A stretch of DNA of 64,000 bases from Candidatus Kuenenbacteria bacterium. Its GTDB lineage: Bacteria > Patescibacteriota > Patescibacteriia > UBA2196 > GWA2-42-15. Below, piece after piece: positions 27,808-36,432 of this stretch. The notes below the pieces were generated by a model. That model saw nothing but the letters and a program-made list of their open reading frames with translations. It searched no databases and had not been told where the DNA came from. The stretch spans positions 12,815 to 76,814 of the forward strand of contig JAAZOM010000006.1 of assembly GCA_012797775.1 (NCBI GenBank), read 5' to 3'. Within the stretch, counting starts at the first letter, position 1; every line of letters starts with the position of its first letter. A program made the translations under genes and the position numbers.

Positions 27808-28173
27808 CTCTCTGTTATTAATCATTTTATTTAATATTTTCATTACTTCATTTAATATATTATCTGCTTTTATAAAGCTACTTTCTTTTGCTAGTTTTAA
27901 TCTTTTCGCTATTTCAATTTGTGTTTCCAGTTCCGCGCCAGAGCCGAGGGCGATAATTAAGAAATGCCGAAAATCTGTGACACTACCACGCCTTCTTCCC
28001 TCGGCGATATTGGATGGTATAGAAACAACGGTTTTCTTTGTGTGTGTTGTTAAACCATATAATTCTGATGGTGGGTATTCTCGAGTCAACTCATAAACTG
28101 CAATAACAAGTTCCATTGCTTTCTGCCAGACAATTAGATCTCTATAATCTCCCCATTTATAATTCCCTTCCAT
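27805..28173 (-). CDS. Four-helix bundle protein (23S rRNA IVP/bAvd-like family)
   Basis: YRDLIVWQKA, ELYGLT, SIPSNIAEG, GSGAELETQ. Confidence 0.92.
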   Translation of the reverse strand: MEGNYKWGDYRDLIVWQKAMELVIAVYELTREYPPSELYGLTTHTKKTVVSIPSNIAEGRRRGSVTDFRHFLIIALGSGAELETQIEIAKRLKLAKESSFIKADNILNEVMKILNKMINNRE

Positions 28174-28217
28174 AGTATTTAATAATTAATTTCCTACTTC
28201 CCTACCCACCTACACCC

Positions 28218-29159
28218 CTACTTCCCTAGTATCCACGGATAATATTTCTTCACATATTTATCTACCTCATTCGGTTTGATCACCCCAAATTCGGTGATAT
28301 AGCCGGTGATCAGCTGCGCTGGTATTTTGTCAAAAGCAAAATTGATAATCTTTAGTTGTGCTGGGCTGTTCTTCCAAATTTCGGTTTTGGCGCGCAATTC
28401 TATCCCCATTTTTTTATTGGTTTTTTTCATGAGTGTGCCAGCCAGATAGACCGGGATCTTGGAAGTGTAGGCCGCGAGCGCAATGCCAAAACTACCCACT
28501 TTATTCAAAGCGGAATTGTCCGCCAAGATCACGTCAAAACCGATTATCACTTTGTCTATTTTTACTTTGTCGCCGGAAAAATTGGAAATCAGAAATTCGG
28601 CGGCTGAATCCACCACCATGGTATTATCAATTTTTAGTCTAGCCAGATCTTCAGAGGTTTTTCGTCCCTGCATGAGTGGCCGAGTTTCATCATTATAAAC
28701 GTGTATTTTCTTTTTCTGTTCTTTGGCCGCGCCCAAAATATTGATGACTGTTTGCGCATGGCAGTGCGTGAAAATATTTTCTTTGTTTTTTATCGTTCTA
28801 CTACCATAGAGAGAAATCCGCTGGCCATTTTTATGGAGTAATTCTGAAAAATCGGTTGCCTGTTTTTTGGCCAGTTTTTTCAATTCTACCACTTCACTAG
28901 CCCTGCTTTTGATCCCATGTTTTTCTGCCAGACGCAGATGCAAGTATTTAAAAGCATTAATCGTTAGTGGTTCATCTGGTCGGGCTTTGGCCAAGAGCTC
29001 GCCAGCGCGCTTGGCTTCATTCAGGAAAGTCACCGGATTTCTCATCTTCAGGATTGATAAATAGGCGACCCATGCTTCAATGCTCGCCCGGCAGATATTG
29101 CTGGCGCCCTGTATTTTTATAGAACGGATATCTTTTATTGTTTGGTTTAGACTAGCCAT
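28218..29159 (-). CDS. Ribose-1,5-bisphosphate isomerase (eIF-2B alpha/beta/delta family)
   Basis: IKIQGAS, ARP.EP, THC, ETRPLMQG, GFD, NKVG, FD..PA.LITGYITEFG. Confidence 0.88.
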   Translation of the reverse strand: MASLNQTIKDIRSIKIQGASNICRASIEAWVAYLSILKMRNPVTFLNEAKRAGELLAKARPDEPLTINAFKYLHLRLAEKHGIKSRASEVVELKKLAKKQATDFSELLHKNGQRISLYGSRTIKNKENIFTHCHAQTVINILGAAKEQKKKIHVYNDETRPLMQGRKTSEDLARLKIDNTMVVDSAAEFLISNFSGDKVKIDKVIIGFDVILADNSALNKVGSFGIALAAYTSKIPVYLAGTLMKKTNKKMGIELRAKTEIWKNSPAQLKIINFAFDKIPAQLITGYITEFGVIKPNEVDKYVKKYYPWILGK

Positions 29160-29268
29160 AGTTCAAAATTTAATGATGCTTTAATTTTACCAATTTTCGG
29201 GCGCCAAAGCAAAATTTGATTTTTTTGGCTGTTATTATATACTTGCTACATCAACTAATTTAATTTTT

Positions 29269-29760
29269 ATGGACAAAAGAATTCGACCTGACCACCATTT
29301 CCTTCGTCCAGAAGGCGACAAGAGCGCAGACAAAAAAGAAAGAAGTGAGCTCGAACAAGCGCTGGCCGATATTGCTCTCGAATTTATTACCAAAACAGAA
29401 CCGCACCCTGATAATGAAAAAATAGAAACACCGCTTTACTCGCCTTTAATTTTAAGAACACCAAGCAAGGCCAGACTTCGATCCGGGCTAAGGGAGAAGA
29501 AACTCTCTGAAGCTATAAAAATAAGAATATCAGATCAGCGATTAACAATTGATCTTCGTGAGGCCATTGAAAATCTTAACGGAGAGACCGAAGCGATGGA
29601 TGCGCAGGCTTTTAAAAATACCCTAGTCCAGGATGCTAGACCAGATCTCTTCAATGAGGCGACAGCCTATCTGCAAAATGACCTTACCGATTTTATTAGG
29701 GAAAAGTATCCCCAATTTACAGATATCAGAATTCTTCTTACCTACGAACCCACTCCATAA
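29269..29760 (+). CDS. Hypothetical protein
   Basis: 163-aa ORF with natural composition filling the intergenic gap. Confidence 0.65.
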   Translation: MDKRIRPDHHFLRPEGDKSADKKERSELEQALADIALEFITKTEPHPDNEKIETPLYSPLILRTPSKARLRSGLREKKLSEAIKIRISDQRLTIDLREAIENLNGETEAMDAQAFKNTLVQDARPDLFNEATAYLQNDLTDFIREKYPQFTDIRILLTYEPTP

Positions 29761-29772
29761 TAAAAAGCCCCT

Positions 29773-30045
29773 TCATGGGGCTTTTTTTAGTAGAAGATAA
29801 ATTGCGACCGCTTGAGCTAAAATTATGAGATACATTATCAGATAAAAGTTAGCCTTGCGTCTTTTGTGTCTGGCTATCTCCATAGCCATTATCCCACCGA
29901 GTGACCCGCCGAGCAAAGACAACAGCCAGAGCACTTTTTCTGGTATGCGCCAGCCACCATATATTGAGCGCTGTTTGTCAAAAACAAAAATAATGAACGT
30001 TAAAACATTAATAGTGATGAGGTAGTAGAATAAATATTGAGTCAT
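29773..30045 (-). CDS. DUF1294 family membrane protein
   Basis: DK...WRIPE..L..LSLLGGSLG...RHK. Confidence 0.88.
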   Translation of the reverse strand: MTQYLFYYLITINVLTFIIFVFDKQRSIYGGWRIPEKVLWLLSLLGGSLGGIMAMEIARHKRRKANFYLIMYLIILAQAVAIYLLLKKAP

Positions 30046-30096
30046 TCTATCTTTAGTAGCGAGTAACGAGTGACGAGTAATGTGCTAAAGGGCGAC

Positions 30097-30468
30097 CTAA
30101 GTGTTTATTGATCTGATTAATCCATTTATTATTTGTCTAGTCTGATTACCCAGTTCGCCCAGTCTTTTGCATGTTTCCAAATTAATATACTCCAAGTCTT
30201 TTGATAATATCAAAAAATTTTGTACTTCGGCCACCGAGCCGCGCGCTTGATAATAAAACTTAGTCTTATCTTTAAAATGATATCTAGCAAAACCCTCAGC
30301 GATATTAGCACCAACAGAACTAGCTGCCCTTCTTAATTGGTTGGTGATTCCATATGTTTCGTCAGTCGGGAAAAGTTTTGTTATTTTATAAATTTCCAAT
30401 GCCAAAATGTGGGAGTATTTCCAGGCCTCTAAATCATAAAAATTATTTATTATATTTTTCTTTGACAT
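30097..30468 (-). CDS. Four-helix bundle protein, second copy
   Basis: FYDLEAWK, FP.DETYGITNQLRRAASSVGANIAEG, ARGS..E; flanked by GAGTAA (30055-30081) and TTACTCA (30480-30516) arrays. Confidence 0.92.
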   Translation of the reverse strand: MSKKNIINNFYDLEAWKYSHILALEIYKITKLFPTDETYGITNQLRRAASSVGANIAEGFARYHFKDKTKFYYQARGSVAEVQNFLILSKDLEYINLETCKRLGELGNQTRQIINGLIRSINT

Positions 30469-30513
30469 ATTAATTATTCATTTCCCTTATTACCTATTAC
30501 ACATTACTCATTA

Positions 30514-31902
30514 CTAAAGTACCACTCGTTCTCCCTTTTCTGGCATCACAATCTGCCCAATCTGATTTTTATCTAGCTTCTCCGCCAAGACACTCATCGC
30601 TCCTGCTTCACCATGGACTAGAAATAATTTTTTCAGTTTGCCAACGCCCCCAATAAATTTAACCAGATCATACTGATCCGCGTGGGCGGACAGAGAATTT
30701 AAAACCACTATTTTCGCCTTGACTGCCAGATTTTCATTCAAGATATTTACCTTTTCTGCTCCCTCGAGTAGTTTTCTACCCAAGGTATTCTCGGCCATGA
30801 AACCAACTATCACTACGGTATTTCTCGGGTCACTGATGCTATTTTTCAGATGGTGCCGGATGCGTCCGAACTCACACATACCCGAAGCTGAGATAATTAT
30901 GCATGGCTGTTTTGTATTATTCAATTTTTTTGATTCTTCTGGCGTTTCTACAAAACGCAGTGTGGTAAAAATAAAGGGATCTTTGCCTTGCTCCAAAAAA
31001 GTTTTCTGTGTTTCTTCGTCCAGTAGATCAGGATAATCAGAAAAAGCCTCACTCACTCTTTCTGTTAGTGGACTGTCCAAATAGACAAATAAAGGCGGTA
31101 TGGCTTTTTGATTGATCAATTCATGGATAATATACAAGAGTTCCTGCGCGCGCTCTAAGGCAAAAGAGGGGATGATCACCTTGCCGCCTCGGGCATAGGT
31201 CTCATTGATTGCTTTGGCCAGGTCGAGATATGAAGTGGACAGGCTGTCATGGACCCGGTCGCCATAAGTACTTTCCGAGATCAGATAATCAACCGCCCGG
31301 ATTTGCTCCGGGTCTTTGAGAATCGGTAAAAATTTGCGACCCAAATCTCCGGTGAATCCGAGGCGCACTATTTGTCCATTTTCCGTTAATTCCAAAGTCA
31401 ATAAAGCTGAGCCAAGTACATGCCCAGCATCGCGGAAATAAGCTTTGACCCCCGGCAATGGTTCAAATTCTTCATGATAATTCACGCCCACAAATTGCTT
31501 CATGGCTGGAGCCACATCATCAGGTGTATAGATTGGTTCTAGCGGTGTTGTCTCTGGTAATTGTTTGCGATTCAGATATTCCACATCATAAACCTGCACT
31601 CGGGCACTATCCTCGAGCATCAATTCCGTGATCTGCTCAGTAGCTTTGGTGCAATAAATTTTGCCCTTGAAACCCTGCTTGACCAGATTGGGAATATTGC
31701 CCGAGTGGTCAATATGGGCATGGCTCAAGATCATGGCATCAATACTCTTGGGGTCAAAAGGAAATTCTCTGTTTATACTTTCCATATCCCGCCTTTGTCC
31801 TTGCCAAAAGCCGCACTCCAAAAGGAGTTTTTTATTATTTATAGTGATCACATATTGTGAGCCAGTGACAGTTTTGCAGGCCCCGAAAAATTCTATTTTC
31901 AT
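30514..31902 (-). CDS. MBL-fold beta-CASP ribonuclease-like protein
   Basis: VTGS, SHAHIDHSG, AGHVLGS, ESTYG, SGMCEFGRI.HH, SAHAD, LVHGE. Confidence 0.92.
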   Translation of the reverse strand: MKIEFFGACKTVTGSQYVITINNKKLLLECGFWQGQRRDMESINREFPFDPKSIDAMILSHAHIDHSGNIPNLVKQGFKGKIYCTKATEQITELMLEDSARVQVYDVEYLNRKQLPETTPLEPIYTPDDVAPAMKQFVGVNYHEEFEPLPGVKAYFRDAGHVLGSALLTLELTENGQIVRLGFTGDLGRKFLPILKDPEQIRAVDYLISESTYGDRVHDSLSTSYLDLAKAINETYARGGKVIIPSFALERAQELLYIIHELINQKAIPPLFVYLDSPLTERVSEAFSDYPDLLDEETQKTFLEQGKDPFIFTTLRFVETPEESKKLNNTKQPCIIISASGMCEFGRIRHHLKNSISDPRNTVVIVGFMAENTLGRKLLEGAEKVNILNENLAVKAKIVVLNSLSAHADQYDLVKFIGGVGKLKKLFLVHGEAGAMSVLAEKLDKNQIGQIVMPEKGERVVL

Positions 31903-32109
31903 AAATAAGCGAGTTAAGCAGTAAGTGAGGTAAGCAAGATAAGCAACTTAAAAGAAACTTTTTGCCCATCACCTCTTTGTAATTATAATTTTATCCCATA
32001 TCACCGCCCTTTGACAAATTTTCAAAAATAGTTTATTTTAAAAAGCACTATCTCAGACACAAAAGAACGGTAAACAAAAAAGAAAAAACGGAACAGAAAG
32101 GAGCAGAAA

Positions 32110-32271
32110 TTGGAGGAGTGTATTTTTTGTAAAAAAAGAAGGCTCATTGGCAATCCGCACTTCATCCACTGGGAACATCTGCCCAGCCCGTACTCAATTC
32201 GGGGCCAGGAACTGCGGACGGTCAATGTCCAGATGGTAGTCTGTGAGGAGTGCAAGGGCAAACAATCGTGA
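32110..32271 (+). CDS. Small CxxC...CxxC protein (53 aa)
   Basis: AAGGAG SD + TTG; MEECIFCKKRR...W...VCEECKGKQS*. Confidence 0.6.
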   Translation: MEECIFCKKRRLIGNPHFIHWEHLPSPYSIRGQELRTVNVQMVVCEECKGKQS

Positions 32272-32284
32272 GGAGGTGTGTGGT

Positions 32285-32521
32285 ATGATAAGGAACCGAA
32301 AAGCAGCAGCAGTAGGTAAATGCCGGGTTTGCGGAAGGCATCGCTGGGAGGGTGCTTGGCATAGTCGTGGCTCTGAACCCCAGTCTCTTCGGGCTATTTT
32401 AAACAATCCCTTGGGACACAGGGTGAAGCCGACCATTTGCAGTAACTGTCAGACTGCCAAAGATCAGCTCACTACCCGGTCAGTACCAGCCAATCTTCGC
32501 CGAGTTAGGAGGCAAGAGTGA
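32285..32521 (+). CDS. Small CxxC...CxxC protein (78 aa)
   Basis: GGAGGTG SD; CRVC..W...TICSNC. Confidence 0.65.
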   Translation: MIRNRKAAAVGKCRVCGRHRWEGAWHSRGSEPQSLRAILNNPLGHRVKPTICSNCQTAKDQLTTRSVPANLRRVRRQE

Positions 32522-32679
32522 TAAGATACCCCCAATGTCCCATCTGTAACTTAGTGGAGGTAGAGAATGGCCGGTGGCAGCCACTCTATACTTTCTCTAA
32601 GGAGGAACAGCGAAAAATAGTTCCTCATCTCCACCGGGTGGACGGCTGCCATTGCCAAAGGGGAGGAGAACGCGGATAA
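32518..32679 (+). CDS. Small Cys-containing protein (53 aa)
   Basis: AGGAGG SD + GTG overlapping previous stop; MIRYPQCPIC...W...H..CHC. Confidence 0.55.
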   Translation: MIRYPQCPICNLVEVENGRWQPLYTFSKEEQRKIVPHLHRVDGCHCQRGGERG

Positions 32680-32882
32680 ATAAACTTCCGCGGGCCCTTC
32701 CTAGCCATACGAGGCGCAACTGTTTTAAAGGTTGTGCCTTATTTTTTACCAAAACAAAATCCACTCGCCATGGAGTGGATTAAAATATGATCTTCTATTT
32801 TCAGTTGGCAAACCGCTTTTACCAGCTAAAAATAAAAGGGGGAGAGCAGTAAGCCACCACACCACACCCCCCGATTTTGCTT

Positions 32883-33059
32883 TCAGTCGGCCATAAAGTC
32901 AATGGCCCAAAGAAAGGCTTCGCCCAGTCCCTCCCAGCGCGCCTGCGCCAGAAAGAACAGGGTGACGAGCCCCAGTCCGAAGCCGAACAGCTCAGCCCGG
33001 TGCTCTTTTAGGGTTTCGAGGAGGTCCTCGACCCCATTAAAAATAAAATCAATCAGCAT
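32883..33059 (-). CDS. Small membrane protein (58 aa)
   Basis: AAGGAG SD; MLIDFIF...LFGFGLGLVTLFFLAQARW; upstream TTGACA..TATAAT. Confidence 0.6.
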   Translation of the reverse strand: MLIDFIFNGVEDLLETLKEHRAELFGFGLGLVTLFFLAQARWEGLGEAFLWAIDFMAD

Positions 33060-33203
33060 ATTTTTTCTCCTTTCTGCTGATTTTTATTTTTTTGGTTTTT
33101 AATGTTCAATTAATATATTATAGCATATATTAATACTTTTGTCAATAGACAAAAGTAAACAAAAACCGCTTAAAATTTGTCTAAACGGTTTTTATTAAAA
33201 AAA

Positions 33204-33533
33204 TTAAAGTAACTTTTCCAATTCTGCTTTCAGGATTTCTTTGGGTCTAAAACCAACAATTTCATAAATCAGCTTGCCAGCTTTGAAAACCTTGAGGTTG
33301 GGGATACTCATGACTAGATATTTCTCTGATAATTCATAATTATCTTCCTCGTTGGTATCCAGCTTGGTAATTTTTATTTTACCTTCCATTTCTTCAGCTA
33401 GCTGATCAAGAACTGGAGCCATCATCTGGCACGGCCCACACCATGGCGCATAAAAGTCCACCAAGACCGGCAACTCCGATTCTAGGACTTCTTTTTGAAA
33501 ATTATCTTTGGTTAGTTCCATTGCTTTTAACAT
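33204..33533 (-). CDS. trxA: Thioredoxin
   Basis: WCGPC, SIP. Confidence 0.96.
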   Translation of the reverse strand: MLKAMELTKDNFQKEVLESELPVLVDFYAPWCGPCQMMAPVLDQLAEEMEGKIKITKLDTNEEDNYELSEKYLVMSIPNLKVFKAGKLIYEIVGFRPKEILKAELEKLL

Positions 33534-33673
33534 ATATTTTTTTGATTGATTTATAAGGTGTGTCTATCTTAGCATATAATATTTTTGCGGTAAAGTTTGA
33601 CATATTTTTCTTTATTTAGTAAGTTTAGCTCAAAAGAAAATCACCCACAGAACCATAAAAGGAGGTAGCTGTC

Positions 33674-34420
33674 ATGAGTACGCATATTGGAGCAAAAAAA
33701 GGCCAGATCGCCGACGTAGTCTTATTGCCCGGTGATCCGCTCCGAGCTGCCTGGCTGGCAAAAAAATTCTTAAAGGCCCCAGAGACAGTTCATGATGTCC
33801 GCGGTATGCCCTGCTACACCGGGTTCCGTCATTGTTTCAGGGCCCTCCCCGGTCAACTCGCTTGTACCAAAAAATTGATATCCATCCAGTCCAGCGGCAT
33901 GGGCATGCCATCACTCGGCATTTATGTCGAGGAGCTGGCAAGAGACTTCGGGGTCAAAAAAATTATCCGTCTCGGCACCTGCGGAGCCTTGCAAGAAAAA
34001 ATTAATCTTCGCGATATTATCATCGCGATGGGGGCTTGCTCTGATTCGGCCTCCAATATTCACCGCTTTGGGCCAGCCATGAGTTTCGCTCCTATCGCCG
34101 ATCCGGCTCTTTATCGTGACGCCGTCCTCCAGGCCGAAGACCGGGGATTGCCTTTCCACACTGGCAATGTCTTTGCCACGGATGATTTCTATGATCACAG
34201 TGAGCCGCCGAGGTGGCAAAAGTTTGCTCGATATGGTGCTCTGGCTGTTGAAATGGAAACAGCAAAGCTCTATACCCTGGCCGCCTATTATGGGATACAG
34301 GCGCTGTCGCTACTCGTGGTCAGCGACCACCTGGCTCGCGAGGAAAAGCCCCTGACCTCAGAAGAGCGGGTGACCTGCTGTAGCGACATAGCTATGATCG
34401 CCCTGAGCATTGTTGCCTAG
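33674..34420 (+). CDS. deoD: Purine-nucleoside phosphorylase DeoD-type
   Basis: HI.A, PGDPLRA, GMGMPS, RLGTCG, EMET, VSDH. Confidence 0.93.
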   Translation: MSTHIGAKKGQIADVVLLPGDPLRAAWLAKKFLKAPETVHDVRGMPCYTGFRHCFRALPGQLACTKKLISIQSSGMGMPSLGIYVEELARDFGVKKIIRLGTCGALQEKINLRDIIIAMGACSDSASNIHRFGPAMSFAPIADPALYRDAVLQAEDRGLPFHTGNVFATDDFYDHSEPPRWQKFARYGALAVEMETAKLYTLAAYYGIQALSLLVVSDHLAREEKPLTSEERVTCCSDIAMIALSIVA

Positions 34421-34686
34421 TGGCTATCCGTCTCAAAAACAAAGAGCATTCGATTTTATTGAGTGCTCTTTTTATTATTGTTCAAAACAAAAAATACCCT
34501 CTCGCGAGGATATTTTTTTACGCTGTACAGCCCGCCTGCCGGCGAGGCAGTGATTGAACTGTTAAAAAGATTCACTGGATCTTTTTAACCTTTCTCCTTA
34601 GTTGAGAAGTGCCGGGGGCACTTCCAACGGAGCTGCTCGCCGCTCCCTTTTAAACAAAAAACATTCGCCGCAACGAATGTCTTTTG

Positions 34687-34762
34687 TGGTACGCTGTACA
34701 GGATTCGAACCTGTGACCTTCTCCTTAAAAGGGAGCTGCTCTACCAACTGAGCTAACAGCGC
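34687..34762 (-). tRNA. tRNA-Lys(TTT)
   Basis: GCGCTGTTAGCTCAGTTGGTAGAGCAGCTCCCTTTTAAGGAGAAGGTCACAGGTTCGAATCCTGTACAGCGTACCA. Confidence 0.95.
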
Positions 34763-34896
34763 ATATGGCAAAAACTCAAAATTCAAAAATTAAAAGTCAA
34801 AATTAAGGTTAATTTATTTTATTAGGCGAAGTTGGTCCAACTGCCTGCCCCGCACCTTTATGGCTGCGGGGAGCTAACAGCGCATAAGTTTTGTAA

Positions 34897-34980
34897 TTTA
34901 CCCTGAACGTCAGTGAAGGGTCCCATCTCAATTTGATAAAACGCGAGATTTTTCCCCTGCGTCTGTGGGGTAAGGATAAA
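34897..34980. repeat. Degenerate REP-like element
   Basis: TTTACCCTGAAC..GTGAAGGGTCCC ... TAAGGATAAA, same family as 174-361. Confidence 0.55.
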
Positions 34981-35110
34981 CTCAATACAACATATCTAAA
35001 AAAATCTTAACAGAAAATTAAAAATCAATCAAGGCTTTGGCTAATTATTTTATTTAAAAAAAGAGGGCGTCAGGAAATTTTTCCTAACGCCCAAAATTGG
35101 GCCACTCAGC

Positions 35111-35257
35111 TTACATAGTCTGGGTTACATTCCCATTATTATCAACCCTGATTATGTTCACTTTATCCCATCTGGAGCAGCTATGGGAGCCGCCCCAGCG
35201 CACCATGTGTGTACAGCGGCACAGATTGCAAGTAACTTGTTTGTATCTTAAACTCAT
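35111..35257 (-). CDS. Small Cys/His protein (48 aa)
   Basis: GAGGAGG SD; MSLRYKQVTCNLCRCTH...HSC...*. Confidence 0.5.
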   Translation of the reverse strand: MSLRYKQVTCNLCRCTHMVRWGGSHSCSRWDKVNIIRVDNNGNVTQTM

Positions 35258-35400
35258 CCCGCCCTCCTCTGGCTATTTATATTACTATTTTTGCTCTATT
35301 TTTTGTCTTATCAATACAATCTAGACAACCTAACTTTTTTGCATTATTTTGCCAAACAACAAAACCTGCCAGTAGCTTTGCCAGCCGACCTATGTCTTTT

Positions 35401-35688
35401 TTAATAGAAAAGTTTTGCTCCCTTGAGAGCAGAAAACATTATCTCTGTCATTGGCTCAGGGATTTTTATTTCAAAAGACTTACCTCTTCCCCGAGCCAAT
35501 TCCTGGGCATCCGCCAGTCCTCGAGCCTCACTAGGGTCGATAGCCACCAACTTGGTCAGGTCCACTACGATCAGCTCAGCCTTTTGCCGGCGGATGAGGG
35601 CGCCCACCTCCGGTGCTAGGTTGAACAGGTCATTTCCGTTTTGAACCATCAGAGAGAAAACCCTGGCACCCAAATTTTTTACTATCAT
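35401..35688 (-). CDS. Divergent STAS (anti-sigma antagonist-like) protein
   Basis: IVVDLTKLVAIDPSEARGL..A...ARGRG pattern; GGAGG SD. Confidence 0.65.
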   Translation of the reverse strand: MIVKNLGARVFSLMVQNGNDLFNLAPEVGALIRRQKAELIVVDLTKLVAIDPSEARGLADAQELARGRGKSFEIKIPEPMTEIMFSALKGAKLFY

Positions 35689-35702
35689 CTAATGCCTCCA
35701 TT

Positions 35703-35999
35703 TTATAAATCCAGACACCCTCGCAATTGTCTATTATTTTGTAGGCTTGTCACCACTGATTCATGCGCCCGAAAAGTAGAAATTTGGAAAGTGGCATCAG
35801 CCTCTTCTATCCGTTCTTTGGCTGCCATCAAGCAGGCGATGTCTGCTTCAAAAAGCAACTCAGCCTCTGGCAGATCAATAATTATTCTTTGAGAGCCGTC
35901 ATCTATTGCCGCCTCTATAGCCTCAGTCATTCTTTGATAGTCACCGCTCACCTCCAGCATAATCTGGGAGGCATCATCTCCAAAAGGCAGTAATTTCAT
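35703..35999 (-). CDS. Divergent STAS-like protein
   Basis: LEVSGD, RIIIDL..AELL...IACLMAAKERI. Confidence 0.6.
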   Translation of the reverse strand: MKLLPFGDDASQIMLEVSGDYQRMTEAIEAAIDDGSQRIIIDLPEAELLFEADIACLMAAKERIEEADATFQISTFRAHESVVTSLQNNRQLRGCLDL

Positions 36000-36123
36000 A
36001 TTTTATCCTTCCTATATTTATTTTATTTTTCTGGTTTTTTATTTTTATTAAAACTACTCTTTTCCTTCTTTTTTGTCAAATAAAAAAACCGGCGAAGAGA
36101 AACTCTCCGCCGGTTCGATTGTC

Positions 36124-36414
36124 TTAGCTCAACAGGCCGGCCGCATCAAGGGCTTCAAGCATCCCTTCTCCATCGCCGTTGGCCCCGTTGACTCCGCTAA
36201 GATCAAAACGGGCGCCAGCTTTCCTGACAGCATCTCGAGCCGCCAAAAGGGCCCTGATGACTTCATCATCTACCCTCCGGAAGTACCCAATGTCCAGCAA
36301 GACGGTCTTTGTCTTTTTGGTCATCATTCCGGTGACGGCCACCGGCAAGTTGCCGATGTCCTCGCTGTCTATACGAAGACCAAGGTTAATTCTATCTTGA
36401 GAAAATTGTTGCAT
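36124..36414 (-). CDS. Divergent STAS-like protein
   Basis: VLLDI....VDDEVIRALLAARDAVRKAGARFDLSGV..AGL; AGGAGG SD. Confidence 0.7.
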   Translation of the reverse strand: MQQFSQDRINLGLRIDSEDIGNLPVAVTGMMTKKTKTVLLDIGYFRRVDDEVIRALLAARDAVRKAGARFDLSGVNGANGDGEGMLEALDAAGLLS

Positions 36415-36432
36415 CGTAAATCCTCCTAAATT

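Noticed and set aside
27713-28227. CRISPR array, or N-terminal extension MTYILLTYLPTY of RuBisCO
   Set aside because: Units are degenerate 7-8-mers without spacers and no cas genes are present; the extension is just the translated repeat.
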